Source: Saccostrea cucullata
Taxonomy: Eukaryota
Reading direction: 5' to 3'
DNA length: 64,000 nucleotides
NCBI RefSeq assembly: GCF_032062105.1
Contig: NW_026929843.1
Coordinates: 38,440 to 102,439, forward strand
Under the pieces are notes generated by a model that searched no databases, was not told the origin of the DNA, and worked only from the letters and a program-made list of their open reading frames with translations. Within the stretch, counting starts at the first letter, position 1. Each line of letters begins with the position of its first letter. The translations under genes were made by a program, and so were the position numbers. Below are positions 1 to 11,608 of the stretch, one piece after another.

Positions 1-229
1 ATCTTATTGTATCTTATCTCTTAAAGTTTGTAATAACTTTATAACGAGGTTGCTGTAAGCACTGATAGCATTTATTATGATTATAACACAATATTAAAAT
101 ATTGATAAACGCAATGTACAAATTTTATGCATTAATTAATTGATATTAACAAATTTCATAATGACAGCAATAAAGACATCAAACTTTTTTGAAGTATAGT
201 TCATGTAAACGCACTTTCAATTTTTTTTT

Positions 230-934
230 TTATCTTTCGTTATCAGCATCAATGACTTGCCAGACTCCTTTGGAACGTATTTCCTGTAAATCATATGCTC
301 CTCTCACATGCCCCGTTGGACTGGAGGTCATGTAAATAAGAAACCAAGGCCTACTCAAGGGAGACATTACGTTATAAGGCAGTCTATCTTCAATGAACCT
401 GATGATTTTCCATTTTCCTTCTGGGCCAGGCAACCCCGCTACAGACCCACAATACCCGAGTTTTCCACTTTCCATAATCATGTGATAGGTAGGATACTTC
501 ACAGACCTGATATGATAAATGTTATCGATTTCTCGTTCTTTAACTTCTTCAAAAAGAAACTTGCAAGCTCTTTTTCGTAAATTTTTCTCTCCCCAAATTG
601 ATCCTTGTCTATCCCATCCAACCTTCATATGCCATTCAGGCCAAATTGCTGGGCGAATAAGATGCATTTTAGAGCAAAAGGTATCATATTCATCTAGCCG
701 AAAAGGGTTTATGGATTTCACACGCATGAAATGCTGAAAATGTCTAAGTTCTGTTGGGTTGAAGATGGTCAAGAAGACAATTTTCTCGAAACTTGATTTC
801 GTAAAGTTCTCCATCATTTCGCAATCTGTCTTGTCGGTTTCCTTGATAACGGCGTAAACACCACTAGTGCTAGCTTGGTCAACATTACTACTTTTCTTTA
901 TTGCATAAAGTTGCCATAGAACTAATGTTCTCAA
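230..934 (-). CDS. uncharacterised intronless ORF, 234 aa; product not recognised (weak resemblance to sugar-/sulfo-transferase motifs)
   Basis: Uninterrupted 705-nt ORF in an AT-rich genome where random ORFs this long are unlikely. Ends at a stop with no plausible donor before it. 'TGHVRGAYD' and 'VIDADNE' near the C-terminus recall transferase motifs but I cannot assign a family. Confidence 0.4.
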   Translation of the reverse strand: MRTLVLWQLYAIKKSSNVDQASTSGVYAVIKETDKTDCEMMENFTKSSFEKIVFLTIFNPTELRHFQHFMRVKSINPFRLDEYDTFCSKMHLIRPAIWPEWHMKVGWDRQGSIWGEKNLRKRACKFLFEEVKEREIDNIYHIRSVKYPTYHMIMESGKLGYCGSVAGLPGPEGKWKIIRFIEDRLPYNVMSPLSRPWFLIYMTSSPTGHVRGAYDLQEIRSKGVWQVIDADNER

Positions 935-1389
935 AATTGCCAGGCGTGCGTAGAGATCTATTTATGCGACAGCACGACTAACAGACTTTATGTCTGGCTT
1001 TGTCATAAGATTTTCTATCTTTGCTTTTAGTTTTCCCAGAAACTCTACACCTTTATAAATCGGAACTCTGTCCTGAAGAGTCTTTATTTCTTCGTCATTT
1101 GCCCTCGATCGCGGCGCCGCGTCATACCTAAGACGTAAACAAAGGTAGTGACTGTTCCTTCGCCAAGCGCTCGGCACTAGAAGTGAAAGTCACGGGTCTT
1201 TCGGATATGACCTTAAAAACGTAGGTCCCGTGTCACGGTAGGCGTTGGCACGATAAAGAACCCTCACTGCTCAATGGCCCTGAGTGCCGAGTATAGGTCT
1301 AAATTTGAAGCCCTTCACCGGCATCGGTGACGTCTCCATATGAGTGAAATATTCTCAAGAGGGACGTTAAACAATATACAATCAATCAA

Positions 1390-1859
1390 TCAATCGTCAT
1401 TTGCCTGATTATGAATTCCCTTTACGTACGCGTGTGTTGTGTAAAACAAATCTTCAAGTCCACATGCTTCTGATGTAATCTCGGAATCTTGAAATCGCTC
1501 GAAGGGTGCATATGTTTCATCCTCTTGGATTTTTTGGGCATTCACTTTCATCTTATCTCCGACAACTTGAAAAATACTTGTTATTGTTCCAAGGGTTTTA
1601 GCCACAGATTCGGCTACCGGAACATTCTCTGCGATTTTCTTTGAGCATTGGCTACCTTTGCTAGTTTGGAAAAGATATCTTCCTGTACTTCTTCTTCTAC
1701 ACACTTTTGTAATTCAGATACAGTGTTGCCTATTTCTTTTGAATTTTTAGGACCTTTAAATACCTTACCTAACTCTTTTTCAATGTTTTTTTCGTCAAAT
1801 GTTATCGTTTGAAAAGATATGTCGCCATCCACAGTAAAATTACCACTACTAACCGCCAT
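1390..1859 (-). pseudogene. small ORF split by a single frameshift (frames 1859..1614 and 1704..1390 overlap); product unknown
   Basis: Two overlapping minus-strand ORFs (81 and 104 aa) abut in the 1614-1704 overlap. No intron of plausible size fits, so this is a frameshift (real or sequencing). Confidence 0.3.
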
Positions 1860-3536
1860 GCTATGTAAAAAGAAAAATGAATTCAGATATTGAATTGTGA
1901 TTATCTTGGTCAGACGATACGTTCCCCAAATATCTCTTTATAGTATATCTTCATAATGTATGGAAAAAATACATTTTAATTATTTTTTTTATTTCTAATT
2001 GTTTTTAAAAATCTGAACCACTAAAAATGTGATTTTGGCAAATTAAGTTTTTTTTCCTAAAGGATTACATTAGAAATGTCATCCTCTGGTATCTCGCACA
2101 AATGCCTGGTAAGGTATCTCGATTTTGTGTGAGTAAACATGTTAAAGTATTTATTCTTTAATGACAAAATTTTGGAAAAAAATATATATTATTGAGGAAC
2201 GTCTCGTCTGTCCTTCATAGGCAAATTGGATACCTTACTCACACGGAAAATATTGACCCTGCTATTCTTTTTTTTTTAAATCAAAAAGAATCCTAAAGAT
2301 ATTTCACATTTTATTGAAATAAGTTATTAAAAAATACACTTTTTTAAACTTTTGATATCATACCAAGACAGATTTTGTAGATTGTCGTCATATTCATCTT
2401 TTGCATCAATGACTGTGAATCTGGAAGAAAAATGAATCATCGATAGAATCCAAAGGAATATGTTGACGATTGATAACGCAGATATAATCATGGTATAAGA
2501 GCAGATTTGAAATGCAGAAGTATATCAAGTTTAATTTTTAATACTTTTCTGAGGAAAAGCTCACACACTCAACATCTGTTGTTGTCGAAGCTGAGCTGTC
2601 ATTATTAGCAACAGAACTTCTAGAAAATGATTTCCCAAGTTCATCGATATTGCCTTCCTTCTCCATATTTGAAATAATTTTTCCTTAGATCCTTGTTCTT
2701 TTGATTTCTACTGGGGTTTTGTCGACAAATATTTATTTTTGTGTGGCTTTCCGACTCCAATTTTTTTCTCAGATCATAAATTTGTTTCCTGTATAATAAA
2801 ATAATGTTATAAAAGTCTTTAAAAATTTTTTCTGATGATATTAAATATGCAAACCATATTGATATATTCAAGGTTTCAATATCGTTATTTCTGAAGTAAA
2901 AACTTACATCTACGCCATGTTTTTACGCAGTTCGGTTTGAAATTGCAGATTGAAACACAAAAGCTTTTATCCTCCACATGCCCCAGTGGATTTAAAGTAG
3001 TACAAAAGGTGTTTGTTTTCTTGCATCTAAAGACATGCATTAAACATATTGCAGTCTAGAATAACGTTTATTTGGTCCTCTGCATTAATTTAAAGATAGA
3101 ATTTTGGATTTGGTATCCATATCAGGATATCGGAAACATTGAAAGAGATTCAAAAGGTAGAGGCAAACAAGGAACGGTGATACTTTTTACAATATTTCCC
3201 CCGATATATGGATTTTCATATCATTTCTAATCTTCTATCTAACATGCAGTAAATGTGAAATTTATGAGAATATTATTGGAGATAACCGGTTAAGTTTGTA
3301 AAGGTGGTTCAATTCAAAGGTCAAGGGATCAAATTTGGTGGTACCGAAGAAAGATCTTAATACAAGGAAAACGTGTGAAAAATTAAAACCAAAGTTAAAG
3401 GAAATCAAAGGTTATGGACGAGGTTAAACTTTTTTGCCAACAAATAGTTATTGACTTGATACTTCATTGTCCAACAATTTGCTAATTTTGATATTGCATA
3501 TAAATAGATTTCGTACACAGACTGCTTGCTTTTTAC

Positions 3537-3780
3537 ATGTAGCTCACCTCGACCAAGGTTTAGGTCATGTCACATTCTCAAGTAAGTAAAAGCTCTACCT
3601 GGACCAAACTTGCAGGGATGGTGCATCTGGGGATGCACACTACCAGACTTACTTTTGATGCTGGATCTGACCTACATTTTATGTTCTAATTCGTTTCACT
3701 CAAACGAACATAAATTATTTACAATCAAAACAAGAACACTTGTCTATATAGGAATGGAAGCGCTTGCTTGCCAATATTTA
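3537..3780. repeat. composite dispersed repeat, copy A (about 150-bp 'ccagatgagtgacc...gacctacatttt'-type unit plus 'atgttctaattcg...ccaatattt' module)
   Basis: Near-identical sequence re-occurs at 4583-4680 and 10151-10300. Seen directly in the sequence. Confidence 0.6.
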
Positions 3781-4424
3781 TTAGACGTAAACATTTACAA
3801 AAACAAGTCTTCGATGGTACCGATTCTCTACCTTCCTTCTACAATATATCAAAAATATTATTAATCACACATAAGAGTAAAAATGCATTTTAACACAATG
3901 CTTTTATATGTCCTCACTTTACCGATTAAAAACGAAATATAATGCATGTATGAATATAATTATGCTTCCCTCGCCGCCCAGGAAAAACCATAGATAAAAA
4001 ACAACATCGATTTATGTTGAAAAAACTATGGAAACCTGTAAGTCCGCAGCAATTGCGAGGTAAACAAAATGAATGGCGGACTCATTCTCACAAACTTACG
4101 TAAGGGCCATATATTATAATGTACAATTACATGACTAGTTTAAGTAAAACCTATGCAAAATAAATGTAAGTTAGAACTATCTGTAAATACATTTCGACTA
4201 TATGTAGGTACTGTGTACCATTACACAACAATCTTACATTTATATCAAATTTTACATAAAATTATTTAAAGCGACTAAGCAAATTGTTTCCCACCTTTGA
4301 CATTAATCCGTTGTGTACTAAACTTTTAATTTTCTTGTAATGAAAACAATTGCTTTCTTTATCAAACAAAAGACAAGTAAAAAAGGTTGAAGTAAATCAG
4401 GGGGTGGGTGGGTGGGTGTGAATG

Positions 4425-4680
4425 TCGCAAAGCAAAGCCTTCGAATGAGTTAAAATCGTGATTGAAGTAAATACCTGTTCTACAGGTATCGACCTTTAAA
4501 TACTGACCAATAGCTACTGCCGCTTTTATTAGCACATAATAAACAAAAGCACGTGTTCCTAGTACATATGATAAATTAATTTATGTTCTAATTCGTTTCA
4601 CTCAAACGAACATAAATTATTTACAATCAAAACAAGAACACTTGTCTATATAGGAATGGAAGCGCTTGCTTGCCAATATT
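4425..4680. repeat. composite dispersed repeat, copy B ('gaatgtcgcaaagcaaagcc...gataaattaattt' module joined to 'atgttctaattcg...ccaatattt' module)
   Basis: 4425-4585 is virtually identical to 9985-10150. 4583-4680 is identical to 3675-3780. Confidence 0.65.
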
Positions 4681-5834
4681 TCGAACATAAAGAAAGAGGG
4701 CTCTGGTTTTTCTACAAGCTCAAGAAGCAGTTAAATTTAATGATCATTTATATGAGGATTCTTTGCTAAACATTTTTGTAAATGTTGACCTTTCTTGCAT
4801 TTTTCTTGATCATACGTGTGTTTAACAATTTCTGGTGGAAAATATATTTATTTATTTATTTATATTTTAATGTAAATGCAAACGTAACCTAAATTTTCCC
4901 AAATAAATATAAAACATTCAAAGTGTTTATCCAATTCTTATGTTGAATATATGTTTAGAACAATGATCCTTTTTAAGACAAGCTTTTGTAACAAAGCAAC
5001 CAATAGCTTTGACGCTGGTACTGGAAGTAAAAAACTAGATCGTACTCACTTTGTTCAGGTCCGTGTTGCTTTTTCTATAATTGATAAAGAATAAGTATCA
5101 TAAAATAACATCGAATCTCAAAAAAGTATTAGTTCAATTAACAAAAACATTCATCTTAAGCTTTCAAACATAAGGAACTAAACAAATCATATATCCGAGT
5201 GTTTAATATATTATTGACATGTATTTCACCATTAGCAAGATTGAACGTATACATATATTTCTTTTATAAGTCTTTAAGATTTTATTTTTCAGACATGACA
5301 AATGTCATCAGATGTAAATCATCATAATATGCGCTGTTAATACAGTTGTATTACCTTCAATTCATTTAATTTTTTTTTTTTTAATTGACCCAAACATAAG
5401 TATATTCTTTTAACTATATAGAACCATACAATTTATGTCTTATTCTTTATGTATATAGATTTTGATTTTACCATTGGCCAGATTGAACGCAAACATGTAT
5501 ATCTCCTATACATTTATAATTTTTTAAATAAAAACGACATCTTTACATTCCAAACAAAACAAATGACGATTGTTTAGCTTAAGTAATCATCATGATTTTC
5601 GCCGTAAAGCATTTTCCTTCAATTTTCTTGCCGAAAGTAAATAAGTTCTGAAAATCAATTAAAATTTTCAACAAGCCTTTAAAAATAAACACATGTACAA
5701 ATATATCAATTTTGTATACCATAGTATCGCTGTAAATTATTTGCTGGCTGCATCAGACTGTGAACCAGAATTTATCATGATAACGCCACTGACAACATAC
5801 TATTCGACCAGACTTTATCAAGCTGCGACGTGCT

Positions 5835-6180
5835 ACACACAAGGAAAATGTATAGAACTCCACTGGCTGCGTCAATACGCACCAGGACTTCCACTGGCTG
5901 CAACATGCTATGCACCAGGACTTCCACTGGCTGCAACATGCTATGCACCAGGACTTCCACTGGTTGCAACATGCTATGCACCATGACTTCCACTGGCTAC
6001 AACATGCTATGCACCAGGACTTCCACTGGTTGCAACTTGCTATGCACCAGGACTTCCACTGGCTACAACATGCTATGCACCAGGACTTCCACTGGCTGCA
6101 ACGTGCTATGCACCAGGACTTCCACTGGCAGCAACATGCTATGCACCAGGACTTCCACGGATGGATCGTGCTGTGCACCA
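5835..6180. repeat. 33-bp minisatellite, about 10 units ('ctggctgcaacatgctatgcaccaggacttcca')
   Basis: Head-to-tail units with few substitutions. ORFs on both strands here are translations of the repeat. Confidence 0.85.
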
Positions 6181-7796
6181 GAAACACCCTGGAAACTCTA
6201 CTTGCGTCACATACGCACCAATATAAACTTCACTGGCTGTAACGTGCAAGAACATAATGTTAAATCTACTAGTTGCAGTATGTTTAGCGCCAGGATTACT
6301 ATAAAGATTACTGTGCATTAAATGTATCATACATTATGAATCTTCATGTGTAGTAAAACCAAAACTTCATAACTGTGCAAAATTATAACTATTTTATAAA
6401 CTTCTATTACAAAATACAATTCAGTACTGTTTTTCCATTATACTATATAAAGAATTTTTCACAAGTAAATTTTTAACGACTTCTAGATCACTATTCATTT
6501 TATATTCTGCGACAGTGTCCATGGATATGATTTTTATAACATTTTAAATTTCTTGAGCCTTTGGAGCGGCATTTCCATGTACATCTGATTTTCCAATTTT
6601 AACGAAGCAGTATCATAGATAACACAGATAAAGTATAATCACAACCGTTTAATGTTCGATGTAGATTCAAATATAGGGATATGAAAAACTTCCCTCATTC
6701 AAAATTTATAAATCATTACGATTATTTCAAAATAAAACCTAAAATAATAATAGTTAAGATATTTCTATTTATGACGTTGTGGTATTCCACCCCCAAAGAT
6801 TATATATACAATTCTATTCTTGTACGCTCTTGAAAACTTAGACTACTATCTATACACTGAATCGAAAAATTCCTCGACACACAACAACTTCAACCGATTC
6901 ATTATTTGTTCTCAAATATCTCATGTCTTTTGAAAACAATTTTTAATTTGCGTCGTAGTGTGATGAATGAAATCTAGTTTCTTCAAGTCATGTCCAAAAA
7001 TAACTTTTTTTTTTATTTTTTTTATACATTTTATTACCATTTTAGTCTTGTAGAATTATCATAAAATAACTTACTTAACTGTTTGAATATAAAATCAATC
7101 CTGATGTCTTCCCACAAAGTTTTATTAAAATAGAAAATTAGGTGTTATGAGGAAGACAGATACATTTTAATAAAACAAAATTGTAATAAATTCAATAAAT
7201 TGTATATATTTTCATTTTATTTAGTAAAATATGTATTTTGTTTAAGAAAAGAAACTCGTACATGTATAAGAAGAAAACAGATTGACTTTGAATAATTAGT
7301 GTCAGAATTTAACAAAAAGTACAAGTATTTTACAGTGTAAGAATTCAATTTGTCACCCAAGGTTTTCCTGTTTATTCAATATAAAACAGTTTTTGTACAA
7401 GTGAAAAAAAGGACTTTCTTTTACAAATATTGGCATGACCAGCTAATGGATTTCTATTGTATTTTGGTAAACAATTTACCTATGAGTTTTTAGAGTCAGA
7501 TGTTCAATAAGTATGATAATCAAATAATTGCGTAATAGTGTTAATCTCTTTTGTGATTTTGTCTTTTTGTTAAGAATGCCTAAGGGTCTGAAGTCAAGCC
7601 CAGGTGTTCAAGTTTACTCAATTACCGTGGCGGTCATTTTTATGTCACGTGATCACTCTGTTTTTAATTAATCATCTTTATTTGGAAAATTTTTACAACT
7701 TTCGGCTATTCATTAAGAAATTCTAAATTTTGATTGGCTAAAATCCTGTAATCCAAAGACGCGGAATCGTCGGTGAAAATTCGCCCAAGCTTGGTC

Positions 7797-8729
7797 ACTT
7801 TCATCGACGATTTCAAAGAATAAACTTCAGTTATTAAAAATATATTATTTCTTTATTCTTTGGATTTTTACAGGTATGTAAATCATATTAATTTTTAGTT
7901 AATTACCTCATTTTCTATTAAAGCAATTCTTTTTATGCTCATAAATAAATTTTTAAAATATTAAGTATTTTATTGATAAGTATTTTTATTTATTTCTTAA
8001 ATTGATTCTAAATTTGAGCTTGAGTTAAGTTTCCCCTAAAGATTTTATCGTTGCACAAGTTTTATGCATAGTGGCCTCATTTAGAATTTGTATAGTTTAT
8101 AGTTGTATGTTTTATTGTAATAAACGGGTTTAGCGACAGTCTCAAATAAATGTAGCGTTCTTAGAATTGTAATTTGAAATTTAGCGCCATTATATTCATT
8201 GCGCGCTCTTTAATATAAGGAGGTAAAAATGTTATTTGTTTACATCGAAAAGCGCTGGAAAAGTAAATTGTAAAATGACTTTAGAGATAAGATTGTAAGT
8301 ACACAAGCTTTTGATTGTTATGATTACCTTTATATTTAAATGATTTTAGTTCGGACTAGTTTCCACTTCAATGATCTATGATTAAAGTTAAAAGAAAAGT
8401 GTAAAATAGAATGTTTTATTTCCAAATTTTCTCTGTTTAGTAATTCATGCTACGAGACTGTCCGCTGTAACATTAGTAGTTAGATTTATATTATATCTAT
8501 GCAAGTTTAGATTTTCAATTAACAGAGGGATTTTTCCTAAATTGTTCAACCCTCTGTACAGTCACCAGGATTAATTTTAAAACATATTTTTATAATATTT
8601 TACATTGTATTTGTAACTGGTGACTGTTTGTTTATAAGATTATTAATACACACTTTCATCGACGATTTCAAAGAATAAACTTCAGTTATTAAAAATATAT
8701 TATTTCTTTATTCTTTGGATTTTTACAGC
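7797..8729. repeat. segment bounded by 77-bp perfect direct repeats (7797-7873 and 8653-8729)
   Basis: 'cactttcatcgacgatttcaaagaataaacttcagttattaaaaatatattatttctttattctttggatttttacag' occurs twice in direct orientation about 856 bp apart. Confidence 0.6.
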
Positions 8730-9984
8730 CACCGTAGAGGGCAGTCCAAGCCAGGAAGTAGCCCCACGTGTAGAGCAGTCCAAATAAGGAATAAAGTAAA
8801 ACTACCCCCCCCCCCCCCCCCAAGCGAGTGATTCCCCTAATAAACAAAATACAACACAAGTTCACGTGTAAACCCTAAATAACAACGTGACACTGAGCTT
8901 TTTCCCTTCTATCTTTCATTTAATAACGAAAAAATGAAATAATTTCATTTACAAGCAGTAGGCTTTTGTATTTTTGATTGATAGTATTTAACATACATCT
9001 ATCTTAATCTAGTGGTTTTATCTAAAGTTTTTATTGTTTTACATGTAAAGCTGAGTGTATTGCAAAGGGAATCTGTCAAAATTAAGCTGAATTATAATCT
9101 CCCGACCTAATTTAACTTAGTTGTGAAATCAAATCCAAATCAGTTTTTTAGGGTTTGTTTTAAGCATATATGTATATGTACAAATGTATTCATACAGTAT
9201 ATCAAAGCCTGCTTTAGATTCTAGCTACTCCCTCATAGTCATAATCGAAATCATTTATCGAAGTAGTACATGTATTCTGTGTGTTTAAATGTATTCAAAA
9301 CGTTTTCATTATAAATAACTTAAGTATTATCGAAAATACTTATCTTTTACTTCAATGAGCATCATGTACTCTCTGCTTATGCATGTAAAAGTCTGTTGAA
9401 CTGTTCAGGCGATTCTGGACCTTTGTCTTCCGATGAGCAGTGGAAAATTCTAAGAAGATAGAGACATAGGTGAAATAACTTATCTAAGAGGTATCTTGTC
9501 TGTGTTTCCTTTCATTGTGTACTTTTATTTTTACAATAATAAATGGTTGATAAATTAATGCCGCGTTCAAAAACTTGAACTTAAATTATCACAAAAAACT
9601 GAAAACATTGTTTTCAAACTTATCTTTTGCTTCAATGGCCCTTTTTTACTCTGTTTATGACTGTGAAATCTCCTTTGACTGTTGATGTAACGAATGCTGG
9701 ACTTCCCGTCTTTTATTGAGTCGTGAAAAGTCATAACTTCAGGTATACATGTACGTGTCTCGGGGTTGAGGATTCTCGGTCTGCATGCGTTATTCTGGAT
9801 ACTTTACTACGGGAACTGTGTTTAATGAACCGTCTCTGTAATTTCGATGGTAAACTGAATGTTTGAAGAGAATAGCTGTCTTTGTTGAATGCAATACTTT
9901 GTAGACTGGTCACTGGTTGTAGAATCTACTTTCTAAACAGGGATGGGCCTGTCTCCTTACAATTTTTGTCGTTAGGAAGTATAC

Positions 9985-10560
9985 GTCTGAATGTCGCAAA
10001 GCAAAGCCTTCGAATGAGTTAAAATCGTGATTAAAGTAAATACCTGTTCTACAGGTATCGACCTTTAAATACTGACCAATAGCTACTGCCGCTTTTATTA
10101 GCACATAATAAACAAAAGCACGTGTTCCTAGTACATATGATAAATTAATTTCCAGATGAGTGACCAGGTTAAGGTTTTAGGGGCAAGTCCATTTCCAAGT
10201 AACAATAAGCCCTACCTGGACCTAACTTGCATCTTGATGTATCTTAGAATGGACACCACCAGACTTGCTACGTATACGGATGCTGGATCTGACCTACATT
10301 TTCCAGATGAGTGACGAGGTTAATGTTTTTGGAATAGCTCTGTAGTTGTGTGACCTGTTATGATTTTACTTGCATGGGTGATGCATCTAAGAGTCCACAA
10401 TTGCAAACTTGCTTTGGATGTAGGAAATGAAAGATATCTTCTTTATTAGTGAACAGGTTAAAGATTTTGGTACAGGTCAACCTTAATTGAACTAAAAGAC
10501 CTATTTAAAAAGAACTTGCATGGATATTATTTTCAGGATGCATACTGGCTATAAAAAATA
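9985..10560. repeat. composite dispersed repeat, copy C, followed by about 3 degenerate tandem units of about 150 bp
   Basis: 9985-10150 matches 4425-4585. Units starting 'ccagatgagtgac[c/g]aggtta' recur at about 10151, 10300 and 10440 and match 3537-3680. Confidence 0.6.
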
Positions 10561-11608
10561 TGATGTGATATTTGCATTGCTTTTAAAAACTGATAACATT
10601 TGTCGAAATGGGTTTCGTAATTTTTGACTACCTATGCCTATGTTTTAACATCAAACAATTCAAAGCACAAACTTAGTCCTAATATCAAAATTTATTTTAC
10701 TGCAAAGTGACTCAATTTTTTGATAAATTGGTTTGTTTAACAAATGTGTGGTTCTTTTCTTACCTTTCCAAGGACCAAAATAAAATATAAGTTTTTTTCT
10801 TACTTTTGTAGTGTGGTGATGTCATCATATATACTTTGTTACTTTGGTGTTAAATACCTGTGATCCACAGGCACTTGAATCTGTAATACTAGTATTTTGT
10901 AACTCATAGTATACTGAACATCTTCCAAAGGTGTAAATTCAACAGGAGATGCTGACGTGCATTACTTATATTTTTCCGTTAGCTGCGTTGCAAAATATAT
11001 TGTACATAGGACTACCAGGACTAAGTGGGAAAAAAACAAACATTATAGTCAACATCTGTATTTTTTTAAAATATTTTTTCCAGAAAAATTAATTAAGATT
11101 AAATCTGAAAAGAGGACAAAAGCATATTCAGATTCTTTTTACACACAACACTTGTGGTTTTCCAATCACATTTTTGATCCAAAGGGGAAAAGGATGGGAC
11201 CGAAAAGGCCTAGGTACAAATTCAGAATAACGTGAAAGTTCAAAAGAAGTTCCGAATACTAGATCGCCTAACCGGAAATCCTCGTACTTTTAATACTAAA
11301 CAAGAATGAGGAAATGTCCGTAAATAAACATTGACTAAAATACAAACTATAATACATGTAAACGACGGCTTGTCACACGACCTGTGTTCCAATCTACGTA
11401 AGTATTGCAGTTTTTCATGATTTTGCAAAAACTTTATTTCTACTGACATGCTTTTTTTACTCATGTTACTTAATTTGCAAAACTCCTGTTCTGCTGTTCA
11501 ACTTTTAGTAAAACAACACGGTCATGGAAACTTAATCCTTACATTCAAAAACTGAAAAAGCGGTGCGCTTTACTTCCTTTTTCGCATATTCATTTGCACG
11601 GGTATATT

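Noticed and set aside
5693-6330. Six overlapping ORFs of 63-163 aa on both strands
   Set aside because: All are translations of the 33-bp minisatellite (periodic peptides such as 'QWKSWCIACCS' and 'MHQDFHWLQHA'). They are not coding.
8804-8821. 18-nt poly-C tract (also C/G homopolymers at 12299-12311, 12507-12520 and 60484-60500)
   Set aside because: Simple homopolymers. They may be assembly- or polymerase-prone sites but have no specific function that I can support.
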